Positions 37,447-47,195 of a stretch of DNA of 64,000 nucleotides are shown here, in pieces. The DNA lies in the NCBI GenBank assembly GCA_963675665.1, contig OY776510.1, positions 4,736,001-4,800,000 on the forward strand, given 5' to 3'. Both the position numbers and the translations under genes were made by a program. Each line of letters starts with the position of its first letter. The stretch's first letter is position 1. A model generated the notes under the pieces. That model worked only from the letters and a program-made list of their open reading frames with translations, had not been told where the DNA came from and ran no database searches. Source of the DNA: Spirochaetia bacterium (GTDB lineage: Bacteria; Spirochaetota; Spirochaetia; UBA9216).

Positions 37447-38487
37447 TTAGAAATCAAAGTTGTCAATATTGTTTTTATCGAAAACTGTCGGTGGACCTGT
37501 AATTACTATTCTCTTCCCGCCGATTTCTCTGTCTCCGAGACCGGGAACATTGAATTTTGCTCCTTCTGTTGCATTAATTTCACCTGTTGCAAGAGCTGCT
37601 GAAAGATAAGCTGCCAGGTATCCTTCATCAAACGGGCTCCAGAGGGCAAAAGCCGTTACAGTTCCATTTTTAACGAATCTTCTCATCTGATTCGGCGTAC
37701 CAAGACCGGTAACCTGCAGCTGCGGAGCTCTTCCCGCATTCTCTACGACCTGAGCGGACGCTGCAACACCTACGGTTGTCGGTGAAATTATACCTCTGAG
37801 TTCCGGATACTTTGTAAGAAGAGCTTCAGCTTCTGTAGTACTTTTCTGCGGATCATCATCGCCGTATACTATGTCGACCAGTTTCATCTTTGAATACTTG
37901 GAGTTTTTTAAGGTTTCTTTCATGCCTTCAATCCAGTAATTCTGATCCGGAGCATCCGTTGTTGCACTAACGATTGCAATATCTCCTTCGTAATCGATAA
38001 GAGAACCCATAAGTTCAATCTGGCTTGAACCGGTAACTTCAAAATCCATGGGAAGAACAGCTGCATCTCTGTAGTCTTCGCTTCCGGGAATATCGGAATT
38101 GACAATTATAATCTTTATTCCCTTATCCATAGCCTGTTTGAATACCTGGTTCAGGGCATCCGGACTATTAGGCGAAATGGCAATTACATCGACGCCTCTC
38201 TGGATCTGTGTCTTGATGAAAGGGATCTGAGAAGTTGCTTCGGCGGTAGCCGGTGCAACAGTTGTAAAACTGAATCCAAGCTCTTCCGAAGCTTTTTTAA
38301 ATCCGCCGATAATCGAATCGAAATACGGATTGCCGGTATTCTTCGGAATATAGACAATATCCAGATCTGCAGCAGTCTTTGCTTCTGCACCGGCAGCAGC
38401 CTCTTGCTGTCCGCCTGCATATGCATTGAAAATACATCCAAGACTTGTTAAAAGCACAAGCAGGACAATTAGAGTTTTCTTTTTCAT
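37447..38487 (-). CDS. Sugar ABC transporter substrate-binding protein, rhamnose(RhaS)/LsrB-like family
   Basis: IPKNTGNPYF, ISPTTVG, VTGLGTPNQM, LWSPFDEGY; clearly related to but distinct from 26256-27272. Confidence 0.87.
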   Translation of the reverse strand: MKKKTLIVLLVLLTSLGCIFNAYAGGQQEAAAGAEAKTAADLDIVYIPKNTGNPYFDSIIGGFKKASEELGFSFTTVAPATAEATSQIPFIKTQIQRGVDVIAISPNSPDALNQVFKQAMDKGIKIIIVNSDIPGSEDYRDAAVLPMDFEVTGSSQIELMGSLIDYEGDIAIVSATTDAPDQNYWIEGMKETLKNSKYSKMKLVDIVYGDDDPQKSTTEAEALLTKYPELRGIISPTTVGVAASAQVVENAGRAPQLQVTGLGTPNQMRRFVKNGTVTAFALWSPFDEGYLAAYLSAALATGEINATEGAKFNVPGLGDREIGGKRIVITGPPTVFDKNNIDNFDF

Positions 38488-38538
38488 GAAACTCCTCCTT
38501 AAATAATATTTGCAGCAGGAAACTCCTGCTTAACACCC

Positions 38539-39543
38539 TTATTTTCGCTTACTGTATATGTAATTCGACAATACGATTGCAAAAATCAGTAAGAATCCGA
38601 GTACAGTAAGCTGTTTTTCTATCTTGATATTGGCTACGCTCATACCGGTTTTAAGACATACAAGCACAAAGAAAGCTATAAACGTACCTATAACATTTCC
38701 GCGGCCGCCGTTGATATCCGCTCCACCGAGCAGGGCAATCGTAACCACCTCCAATTCCCCGCCGCTTGCAAGATTATACCGGGCAATTCCAAGCCGGGAC
38801 ATCATCATTATTCCGCCGAAAGCCGATACGACTCCCGACATAATGAAAAGTATCATTTTGATATTTTTCACATTAATTCCCGAATAGATAGCGGCTCTTT
38901 CACTTGTACCGAGAGCATACACCTGCCTGCCGAATACGGATTTATTCAGAATAATCGCCATGATAACAAACAAAATGATAAAGACAATAAGGGGAGCAGG
39001 AATAAATCCGAATAAATATTTCATATCAATTCCTACAAACCAGTCGGGAAAATGACCTATCGAATGATCGCCAAGAAGAACCTGAGCAAGTCCGCGAAAC
39101 AGAGACAGTGTTCCAATTGTAACAATAATAGGAGGCAGCGAAAATTTTGTTATTATAAATCCATTGAAAGCGCCTAGCGCTGCACCGGTAATGAGACCTA
39201 TGATCAGAGTTATGCCGAAAGGCAGCCCTTTTTCATAAAGCGTTGCTGAAAAACAGGCTACAAGCGCCATTGAGGAAGCTACCGACAGATCAATCTGGCC
39301 ACTAATTATCACAAAGGTCAGAATTATAGCAATTATTCCATATTCTATATACATTGAAGAAGAATCAAGCACAAAGAACAGATCTCTGAAATACGGCGAC
39401 AATACCGAACCGAGAATAATGCTGGCCAGCAGCATGAATATTGTTCCGAATTCCGGATGAAGAAAACGGTTATGTTTTTCGACCGAATTGGAAGACTTTA
39501 TCATTGATGTTTTTGTATTGTTAATCTTTTCTGCTGTATTCAT
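38539..39543 (-). CDS. Sugar ABC transporter permease
   Basis: GQIDLSVAS, GRQVYALG, ELEVVTIALLGG. Confidence 0.9.
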   Translation of the reverse strand: MNTAEKINNTKTSMIKSSNSVEKHNRFLHPEFGTIFMLLASIILGSVLSPYFRDLFFVLDSSSMYIEYGIIAIILTFVIISGQIDLSVASSMALVACFSATLYEKGLPFGITLIIGLITGAALGAFNGFIITKFSLPPIIVTIGTLSLFRGLAQVLLGDHSIGHFPDWFVGIDMKYLFGFIPAPLIVFIILFVIMAIILNKSVFGRQVYALGTSERAAIYSGINVKNIKMILFIMSGVVSAFGGIMMMSRLGIARYNLASGGELEVVTIALLGGADINGGRGNVIGTFIAFFVLVCLKTGMSVANIKIEKQLTVLGFLLIFAIVLSNYIYSKRK

Positions 39544-40550
39544 TATTTATTTACTCCTGCAGCTTCTACCCTGTTCTGAACTGTTTTATCTACTACAAGC
39601 GCAATCAAAATGATAATTCCGTACATAGCCTGCTGCCAAAACGCAGATATGCCAAGTACTGCAAGCGCTGTGTTCACAATACCAAGGAGAATACAGCCGA
39701 TAACTACGCCAAGAACAGATCCGGTTCCTCCTGAAACACTGGTTCCTCCGATTACTGTCGCAGCAATTACCGTAAACTCGAACCCGACTCCTGTTATAGC
39801 AGGGTTTACATAACCGAAACGTGAAGCATACATAATTCCTGCAAAACCTGCACAGCCGCCAGCTATTAGATAAATCAGTATAATTACTCTGTTAACATTT
39901 ATACCTCTGAGTTTGGCGGCTTTAAGATTACTTCCTATTGCATAGATTTCTCGTCCATAATGTGAGTACTTCATAAATATATGCGCAACAACCGCAATAA
40001 ATGCAGCAAAGATTATTATCCACGGGATAATCACTATGGACGGTTGCGAAAGCTGAATCAATTTTTCAGGGATATAATTAGGGTCAATCTGCCTTCCGCC
40101 GCTGACAATAAACAGCAGCCCTCTGTAGCCGTTAAGCGTTCCAAGAGTTACTATTATTGCCGGTATTTTCAATTTTGAGATCAGTACGCCATTAAAAAAA
40201 CCGAGGATTGCTCCAACCAGAGTTCCAAGAATAAATGCCGGGAGAACCGGAAAACAAGGATTTTGAATAAAAAGCAGACCGACAGCAATACCTGCAAAAC
40301 CCAGAATAGAACCCAGCGACAAATCGATATTGCCGGTTATAATTACCATCATTTCGCCCATTGCAACAACAATAATAAGCGGAACATAAAGAAGTATACT
40401 TTTAATATTATCATACAGCAGAAAATTCGGTTCAATAACTGCTACCACTACAAAAGCCAGAACTGCAGTTACAAGTACACCCATTTCCCTCATTCTGAAT
40501 ATTTGTCCAATTTTGCTGATTTTCACAGTCTGTGTTTCAATGCTCATCAT
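39543..40550 (-). CDS. Sugar ABC transporter permease
   Basis: GNIDLSLGS, GREIYAIGSN, EFTVIAATVIGGTSVSGGTG. Confidence 0.9.
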   Translation of the reverse strand: MMSIETQTVKISKIGQIFRMREMGVLVTAVLAFVVVAVIEPNFLLYDNIKSILLYVPLIIVVAMGEMMVIITGNIDLSLGSILGFAGIAVGLLFIQNPCFPVLPAFILGTLVGAILGFFNGVLISKLKIPAIIVTLGTLNGYRGLLFIVSGGRQIDPNYIPEKLIQLSQPSIVIIPWIIIFAAFIAVVAHIFMKYSHYGREIYAIGSNLKAAKLRGINVNRVIILIYLIAGGCAGFAGIMYASRFGYVNPAITGVGFEFTVIAATVIGGTSVSGGTGSVLGVVIGCILLGIVNTALAVLGISAFWQQAMYGIIILIALVVDKTVQNRVEAAGVNK

Positions 40551-42064
40551 ACGACAATATCCTTTTCGATTTTCTTGGTTGCGGCAGTCATTATGGCATT
40601 ATCCGTTATTTCACCGCCTTCAAATACTCCGGTAATCAAACCCTCTTTCATTACAAGAACTTTATCGCTGAGAGATGTTATTTCCGGAAGCTCGGAAGAT
40701 ATCATTACAATAGCCTTACCTTGTGCGGACAGTTCATTAATAATCTTATATACTTCTTCTTTCGCACCGACATCTATTCCTCTCGTCGGTTCATCGAGGA
40801 TCAGTATCTCGGGTTCAGGCAGCAGCCATTTTGCAATTACTACTTTCTGCTGATTGCCGCCGGAGAGCTCCTGCACAGCCTGGTTTCCATCCCTCATCTT
40901 GATATTCAGTTTTTTTCGGTATTCTTCGCACAGTTCTTTTTCTTTTTCCTGATCAACCCATCCATTCTTCGATATTTGCCAGGGAACCGAATAGGTCATA
41001 TTTCGGGCGATACCATACGGCAGAAACAGCCCCTCGTACTGCCGGTCTTCAGGAAGATAACACATCTTCTTCCTTATTGACTCCATCGGATTGTTAATCA
41101 CAACAGATTCCCCCCGAAGCAGGAGTTCACCGGAATCATGGGAATCTATTCCGAAGATAGCCCTTGCCACCTCGCTCCGGCCGGCACCAACCAGACCGGC
41201 GAGTCCTACAATTTCTCCGGCCCGTACTGAAAAACTGATATCGCTGAAAATTCCATGTGATCCGAAATTCTTCACTTCGAGCAGCACATCACCTTTTGCA
41301 GTCTTTTCACGATGAATATGGTCCTTCATTTCACGCCCGATCATCAGTTCGATCAGTTTCTGCTTTGTTACTTCGCTCGTATTATAAGTGCCGATGTAAT
41401 TTCCATCCCTTAGCACACTGATTCTGTCCGATATTTCGAGTACTTCATCAAGCCTGTGGCTGATAAAGACAAACGATTTACCCTGTTTTTTCAGGTTGGT
41501 TACTATTCTGAAAAGATTGTCAACTTCACCCGGCGTTAAAGAAGCAGTCGGTTCATCCATGATAATCAGTTCGGCATTTTGAGACAGGGCACTGATGATT
41601 TCCACCATCTGCTGATCAGCAATCGACATTCCTTTAGTCTTTGCTGCAGGATTTAGTTTGACATCGAGCGAGTCAAGAAGCTGTTGTGATCTGATATATA
41701 TATCTTTCCAATCTATTGAAAATTTATAGTCCTTTCTGGTATGACCCGCAAAAATATTTTCTGCCACATCCAAATCAGGAAAAACCAGCGGTTCCTGATG
41801 TATTAGAGCAATACCGTTTTCTATTGCGTCATGCGGATTTCTGAAATTTACTCTTTCTCCGTTAAGTTCCAGGTGCCCTGTTGTGGGTTGATGCACGCCG
41901 GCAACTATATTCATTAGCGTAGATTTTCCGGCACCGTTTTCTCCAATTACAGCATGCACTTCACCCATACTGATCTTTATATTTACATCTTTAAGAACAC
42001 GCACTCCGCTAAATTCTTTGACAATATCAATAGCCGCTATTAATGGCTTTTGATTTTCCTCCAT
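40547..42064 (-). CDS. Sugar ABC transporter ATPase (two fused ABC domains)
   Basis: GENGAGKST, MDEPTASL, LSGGNQQKV, LDEPTRGIDVGAK; start at ATG 42064. Confidence 0.92.
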   Translation of the reverse strand: MEENQKPLIAAIDIVKEFSGVRVLKDVNIKISMGEVHAVIGENGAGKSTLMNIVAGVHQPTTGHLELNGERVNFRNPHDAIENGIALIHQEPLVFPDLDVAENIFAGHTRKDYKFSIDWKDIYIRSQQLLDSLDVKLNPAAKTKGMSIADQQMVEIISALSQNAELIIMDEPTASLTPGEVDNLFRIVTNLKKQGKSFVFISHRLDEVLEISDRISVLRDGNYIGTYNTSEVTKQKLIELMIGREMKDHIHREKTAKGDVLLEVKNFGSHGIFSDISFSVRAGEIVGLAGLVGAGRSEVARAIFGIDSHDSGELLLRGESVVINNPMESIRKKMCYLPEDRQYEGLFLPYGIARNMTYSVPWQISKNGWVDQEKEKELCEEYRKKLNIKMRDGNQAVQELSGGNQQKVVIAKWLLPEPEILILDEPTRGIDVGAKEEVYKIINELSAQGKAIVMISSELPEITSLSDKVLVMKEGLITGVFEGGEITDNAIMTAATKKIEKDIVV

Positions 42065-42081
42065 AAACACTCCTTCCATAT

Positions 42082-42813
42082 TTAAACCATTAAAAGTCCG
42101 CCGTTGACATTTAAAGTTGCACCTGTTATAAAATTCGATTTCTCTGATGAAAGAAATTCAATTGCCTCCGCAACCTCTCTCGGATTAGCAAATCTTTTTA
42201 ATGGTATTAATTCTTTTAGTCTTTCGTTAACATCATTCTCCCAATCATCCGTCATCGGAGTCTGTGTGGGACCAGGCGCTACACAATTTACATTTACATT
42301 ATATTCAGCTGCATATAAGGCAAGTGATTTGGTAAGACCGATTACTCCAGCTTTTGATGTTGAATAATGTATACCCACAGCTTTTCCTCCACCGATTCCT
42401 GCATTTGAAGAAATATTGACTATTTTACCATATTTCTGCATTGTCATAATTTCCAATGCCTTCTGACAACAGAAAAAAACAGCTTTCAGATTAACAGCAA
42501 GCATATAATCCCACTTCTCCGGTGTTATCTGATTAATTCCTTCTAGAGAAGTTATTCCTGCACAATTCAACAAAATATGTAATTTGTGGAATTTTTTTCT
42601 AATATTATCAAATAATCTGTCTACCTGATTACTTTCAGTCAGATCTGTACTGAAGAAATGATAATCAGGATTCTTCTTCGATTGAAAATCAGGATTCTGT
42701 TTAATATCCGCACCGATAACTGTACAGCCGTTTTTAAGCATCAAATCAACAGCAGATTGACCTATACCGCTCTCAGAACCGGTAATAAGTACTATTTTTG
42801 TTTCAGTATTCAC
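42082..42813 (-). CDS. Short-chain dehydrogenase/reductase (SDR)
   Basis: ITGSESGIG, NCAG, YSTSKAG (YxxxK), NCVAPG; an Asp after beta-2 (GADI) suggests NAD(H). Confidence 0.9.
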   Translation of the reverse strand: MNTETKIVLITGSESGIGQSAVDLMLKNGCTVIGADIKQNPDFQSKKNPDYHFFSTDLTESNQVDRLFDNIRKKFHKLHILLNCAGITSLEGINQITPEKWDYMLAVNLKAVFFCCQKALEIMTMQKYGKIVNISSNAGIGGGKAVGIHYSTSKAGVIGLTKSLALYAAEYNVNVNCVAPGPTQTPMTDDWENDVNERLKELIPLKRFANPREVAEAIEFLSSEKSNFITGATLNVNGGLLMV

Positions 42814-42827
42814 TATGTGTCCTGCCT

Positions 42828-42857
42828 TGTGGTAACATATACGTATATGTTACCACA
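42828..42857. promoter_or_regulatory. Perfect 30-bp palindrome, probable operator over the -10/+1 of the SDR-ABC-AOR operon
   Basis: TGTGGTAACATATAC|GTATATGTTACCACA; overlaps the minus-strand promoter TTGACA (42874-42869)-16 nt-TAACAT with an extended -10 TG. Confidence 0.75.
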
Positions 42858-42892
42858 CATATCACATTTGTCAATAAGATATTTGCATTTTT

Positions 42893-42934
42893 TGGTCGAC
42901 CAGTTCTTGACTTATGCGGATACCGTAGTATACT
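42893..42934 (+). promoter_or_regulatory. FadR-type palindrome and promoter of the divergent regulator
   Basis: TGGTCGACCA (42893-42902), then TTGACT-16 nt-TATACT and 6 nt to ATG 42941. Confidence 0.65.
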
Positions 42935-42940
42935 AAACTT

Positions 42941-43645
42941 ATGGAAATAGATAATTTTCAACCGATTGAAGAAAAAGATAAAACCGAAAAGATTGTAGAT
43001 GTGCTTCGAAACCTTATAGTATCGGAAAAATTAAAACCGGGCAGTGAACTTCCGGCAGAAAGAGAGTTTGCCGCTCAACTCAATGTAAGCCGATACAGCC
43101 TCAGGGAAGCTCTCAGGGCAGCCCAGGCTCAGGGGCTTATTGAAATAAGCAGAGGAAAAAGACCAAGAGTAACAAATCCCTCGTCAGAAGCAGCGATTCA
43201 AATACTGGGACTTGCGATTAAAAGGTCCAAAGCCACTTTTTTCGATCTGGTAATAGCGAGAATAAGCCTTGAATGTGAGATAGCAGGTATTGTAGCTGCA
43301 AAAGTAACGAATGATTTACTTGAGAAACTGGAAATCATAACCAAACAGATGGAATACCATAAAGATGATAAAGAATTTTGCGCTGAAAAAGATCTTGAAT
43401 TTCATAATGCCTTGCTGGAAGCAAGCGGTAATCAGGTTTTTAAAATAATGCTCTCGTCCGTTGCTCAACTTTTAATGACATCCAGAATGGCAACTCTTGA
43501 ATTAACCGGGGTCGATCGCGCCCTGGAAGGTCATAAAAATATTATTATCGCTCTAAAAAAGGGCGACAGCACACTGGCAAAAGAAGCGATGCTTAAACAC
43601 CTTGAGATGGCGGAGGATGATATACTTAAACTTGATACTATGTAG
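42941..43645 (+). CDS. GntR/FadR-family regulator 1
   Basis: LKPGSELPAERE..VSRYSLREAL wHTH; FCD domain DLEFHNALLEASGN. Confidence 0.92.
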   Translation: MEIDNFQPIEEKDKTEKIVDVLRNLIVSEKLKPGSELPAEREFAAQLNVSRYSLREALRAAQAQGLIEISRGKRPRVTNPSSEAAIQILGLAIKRSKATFFDLVIARISLECEIAGIVAAKVTNDLLEKLEIITKQMEYHKDDKEFCAEKDLEFHNALLEASGNQVFKIMLSSVAQLLMTSRMATLELTGVDRALEGHKNIIIALKKGDSTLAKEAMLKHLEMAEDDILKLDTM

Positions 43646-44354
43646 ACGTCTTCCTGATCTTCTCTGCATTGGCCTGGGCCTTCAGTAAATGCTCAAGCAT
43701 GAGTTCTTCAGCAAGTTCCGCCTTTCCGTCCTTTACTGCATTAAATATTCCGATATGATCCTTCAGACTCTTCTCCGGTTGATCTTTAATTATCAGGGTA
43801 GTCTCCTGTGTTTTTATCAGCATGTTTCTTGCAAGCGCAAGCATCTTTTCAAATACCGAGTTACCGGCTGCAGTTGCAAGAGCACTATGAAAGGCGGTAT
43901 CGCCTTCAACGCCCAATCCGCCTGAAGCTATATCGGATCTCATTTTCTCTATACTCAAAGCAATGTTCTTTAAGTCATTATCTGTTCTTCTTTCAGCGGC
44001 AATTTTTGCAATTTCCGTTTCCAGAAGCTTTCTGAACTCAAGCATTTCTATAATAACAGTCTGTTCACTTGCCAGAATTTCAGAAAACGGATTTAGAAGA
44101 GCTTCAATTGACACCTTATTAACAAAAATACCGCCCCCGGTACCGACCTGCGGTTTAAGAAAACCAAGAGCTTCAAGAACCCTCAGGGCTTCACGTATGG
44201 AGGCCCTGCTGACCTGGAACTGCTCTGACAGTTCCCTCTCACTCGGAAGCTGTTCGCCTTCCTTGAAGGTTCCGCCGATAATCATACTCTGGAGCCTCTT
44301 CAGCACCTCTTCAGAGAGACGACTCTTTCTAATAGGTTCTATCCGCGGCTCCAT
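43638..44354 (-). CDS. GntR/FadR-family regulator 2
   Basis: QLPSEREL..VSRASIREAL; DTAFHSALATAAGN; last gene of the central operon. Confidence 0.92.
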   Translation of the reverse strand: MEPRIEPIRKSRLSEEVLKRLQSMIIGGTFKEGEQLPSERELSEQFQVSRASIREALRVLEALGFLKPQVGTGGGIFVNKVSIEALLNPFSEILASEQTVIIEMLEFRKLLETEIAKIAAERRTDNDLKNIALSIEKMRSDIASGGLGVEGDTAFHSALATAAGNSVFEKMLALARNMLIKTQETTLIIKDQPEKSLKDHIGIFNAVKDGKAELAEELMLEHLLKAQANAEKIRKTST

Positions 44355-44361
44355 AAATATT

Positions 44362-45816
44362 TTACTCCTTGACTGCTTCTACTGCATCCTCAAATGCCTG
44401 ATTAATCATCTGAAGCGGAACTTTCTCAATATAACCCTCTTTATTCATAGAGTCTACAAGCTTTCTTGAATAGGTTATATCCTCCAATGCCTTGTTAAAA
44501 ACTTCTTCACGGCTCAATTCAACACGCGCCAGGCCTTCTTTAATAGCCTGCATGGCAACATCGGCTGCTTCATACGGAAAAACTCCCGGCTCATCCATGG
44601 TAGCGATTATATTATCGGGTGTAATACCCCTATTCTCGGCATACCTTGCGAGCGATTCGGCTGCGGCAATTGCCATACCGTCGGAAATCTTTCTTGCTCT
44701 AACAAGAAGCGCCCCTTTTAAAATCCCCGGAAATCCGACCGAATTATTAACCTGATTCGGGAAGTCTCCCCTCCCGGTAGCTACAATAAAAGCGCCTGCT
44801 TCTTTAGCCGCATAGGGATAAATCTCCGGAACGGGATTGGCGCAGACGAATACTATAGACTTATCAGCCATCCGGCTGACATCTTCAGGAGATACGGTAT
44901 CCGGCCCCGGCTTTGAAAGCGCAATCAGCACATCGGCCCCTGTCATTGCCTCACTGAAATCGTCTATCTTGTCCGGATTGGTCTGCCGGCACAGTTCCCA
45001 TTTCCGGTAAAATCTTTCATCAGCCTCAATATCCTTTCTGTCTTTGTGAAGGGAACCTTTGGAATCAAACATTATTATCTTTGAAGGGTCAGCCCCCGCC
45101 TTTATTACAATCCGTGCAATTGTGGCATTAGCAGCGCCGGCGCCGAGAAGAACAATCTTTATATCTTCAATCTTCTTTTCCGCCAGTTTGACCGCGTTGA
45201 TCAGCCCCGCCAGAGTGACACAGGCTGTTCCCTGGGCGTCGTCATGCCAGACCGGGATGTCGCATTCTTCACGAAGGGTATCAAGAACCCTGTAACAGTT
45301 AGGTTGGGAAATATCTTCTAGGTTTACAGCGCCGAATGAAGGCTGGGCCATTTTTACAAATTCAATAATTTTATCGGGATCATTCTCGCCTTTTTCATTC
45401 CTGCTGTCGACACAAAGAGCTGTGGCATCCACGCCCCCAAGGTATTTCATAAGAAAGGACTTCCCCTCCATTACACCGAGCCCACCGGGCGGCGTACAAT
45501 TGCCGTCTCCAAGGACCCTTGTTGAATCGCTGACAACCGCTACATAATTCCCTTTATTGGACAAGTCGTACGCGGCTTCATTATCGTCCCTTATGGAAGT
45601 TGATACCCTGGAAACGCCCGGCGTGTACCACACATTAAACCAGTTGAAGCCGAAAACTCCGGCTTTCGGCACCGTCTGCATCTTCCCGCCGTAAAACATA
45701 TGGGCTTTTTCAGCAAGGTTCTTTAAAAAAACTGTTTTGAGCCTTGCGGACTGAGCCTCGCTAAGATTTCTTTTTTTTATTTCCTCTTCAAGATTGTCCA
45801 GTTCAAGATTAATCAT
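44362..45816 (-). CDS. NAD(P)-dependent malic enzyme
   Basis: YTPGVS, DSTRVLGDG, VMEGK, VNLEDISQP, WHDDAQGTA, GAGAA, ANPVPEI, ATGRGDFPNQVNN..FPGI; start at ATG 45816 (GGAGG SD). Confidence 0.92.
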   Translation of the reverse strand: MINLELDNLEEEIKKRNLSEAQSARLKTVFLKNLAEKAHMFYGGKMQTVPKAGVFGFNWFNVWYTPGVSRVSTSIRDDNEAAYDLSNKGNYVAVVSDSTRVLGDGNCTPPGGLGVMEGKSFLMKYLGGVDATALCVDSRNEKGENDPDKIIEFVKMAQPSFGAVNLEDISQPNCYRVLDTLREECDIPVWHDDAQGTACVTLAGLINAVKLAEKKIEDIKIVLLGAGAANATIARIVIKAGADPSKIIMFDSKGSLHKDRKDIEADERFYRKWELCRQTNPDKIDDFSEAMTGADVLIALSKPGPDTVSPEDVSRMADKSIVFVCANPVPEIYPYAAKEAGAFIVATGRGDFPNQVNNSVGFPGILKGALLVRARKISDGMAIAAAESLARYAENRGITPDNIIATMDEPGVFPYEAADVAMQAIKEGLARVELSREEVFNKALEDITYSRKLVDSMNKEGYIEKVPLQMINQAFEDAVEAVKE

Positions 45817-45838
45817 TATCTTCCTCCAATAAAACATT

Positions 45839-45929
45839 CCCGCATGGATGCGGGCTACGGAGACGAAGTTTGATCAGCAACGCTTATCAAACTTTAAAAA
45901 GATAAAAAGTCATGGAAGACTTTTTATCT
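45839..45929. repeat. Composite three-hairpin element with two CATGGA loops
   Basis: CCCGC-ATGGAT-GCGGG; AAGTTTGAT...ATCAAACTT; AGATAAAAAGTC-ATGGAA-GACTTTTTATCT. Confidence 0.75.
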
Positions 45930-47192
45930 TTCCTCCTGTTTTTTTTCAAGCGGCAGAACTGATCCGCCGTAGGGCATAATATGAACTCTGGCGTCCGGGC
46001 CTTTCCTTTTCAAGGCTTCATCCAGCGCTTTCTGCGGAGACTCAAACGGCTCCATAAAGATCTTTCTTACATAATCGTCGGGCATTGCCGAAACGAGACA
46101 GATATCCGCCTTTTCGAGAATCAAACCGATTGCCGCGGCTTTATGACCGCCGAGAATGAAATTCCGCTGAATTTCTTCAATCATGTCTTCAGGTTTTTCG
46201 AAATCTTCCATCCATCTTTCAAAAGATTCTCCGCCCAGTCCTTCGGAACATTCCGCGACAAGAATTATTATGCCGCCGTCTTTTACCGCGTGCTTTGAAT
46301 TATCAAGAGCTTTCTGGGCCTGATACAAATTCATATCTTTTGGAAATCCCCCCGGAGAGACTATTACGATGTCGGCTTTTTCATCAAGCGGACAGCTGTA
46401 TATCCTGTCCAGAAAACGGCAGCCCTCCCTGTGCGCCAGTACGGGGTCTCCTCCGAAAGCTCCTATTATGTTCTTGTGTTCATCCAGTACTACATTAATC
46501 AGAAAATCGATTTTAATAAAATCTGCGACTTCTTCAATATCCTCCCTCACAGGATTACCCGTCATATTGCCGGCCCGGGCGCCGTCTTTAACCATATTGC
46601 TGTGGTTTTTCTGGATGGCTGAAAAGGTCGAAACTCCCGGCATTATAGCCTTATACCCGCCGCTGTAACCGGCAAAATAATGATATTCAATATTTCCCAG
46701 ACATATCCGTTTATCCGCCTCGACTACAGTTCTGAAGATATCTACTGGGGTTCCCCGCGATGTTGTTCCCAGCGATACGACATCATCAGGATCACTGTCT
46801 ATGCATTTAATCCTGTCGTATATATCGTTTCCCGCAAGCTTCTTTTTTTCATCTTCGGTGTGCTTTCGATGACTTCCAAGCCCAAACACAACGGTTATGT
46901 CGGAATCGGCAATGCCGACCCGGTTCAATTCATATACAAGCTGAGGCAGGACCTTATAGCTCGGCATAGGTCTTGTTATATCGCTTGTTATGATCACAAC
47001 CTTTTCCCCTTTTTTAAACAGCTTGCTTACCGAGGCGCAACCGATCGGGCTCAGAATTGATCGGGCTATCAGCGTTTCTTCATACAAGTCGTTCTGAATC
47101 TCCGACGCCCTCAGGACAGAGCCGGTATTCAAATCCGGAATATTCAACTCTCTCGATTGTCTTCCGTATTTCAGTTTAATATTCATCCTCAA
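45924..47192 (-). CDS. LarA-family nickel-pincer 2-hydroxyacid racemase/epimerase (candidate malate racemase)
   Basis: SDITRPMPS, GLGSHR, EYHYFAGYSGGYK, DMNLYQAQKA, LGGHKA; immediately upstream of malic enzyme. Confidence 0.85.
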   Translation of the reverse strand: MRMNIKLKYGRQSRELNIPDLNTGSVLRASEIQNDLYEETLIARSILSPIGCASVSKLFKKGEKVVIITSDITRPMPSYKVLPQLVYELNRVGIADSDITVVFGLGSHRKHTEDEKKKLAGNDIYDRIKCIDSDPDDVVSLGTTSRGTPVDIFRTVVEADKRICLGNIEYHYFAGYSGGYKAIMPGVSTFSAIQKNHSNMVKDGARAGNMTGNPVREDIEEVADFIKIDFLINVVLDEHKNIIGAFGGDPVLAHREGCRFLDRIYSCPLDEKADIVIVSPGGFPKDMNLYQAQKALDNSKHAVKDGGIIILVAECSEGLGGESFERWMEDFEKPEDMIEEIQRNFILGGHKAAAIGLILEKADICLVSAMPDDYVRKIFMEPFESPQKALDEALKRKGPDARVHIMPYGGSVLPLEKKQEER

Positions 47193-47195
47193 ACC

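Noticed and set aside
43638-43645. Short 3' overlaps of convergent genes (also 9115-9118 and 56236-56254)
   Set aside because: Common in compact genomes; no evidence for antisense regulation.
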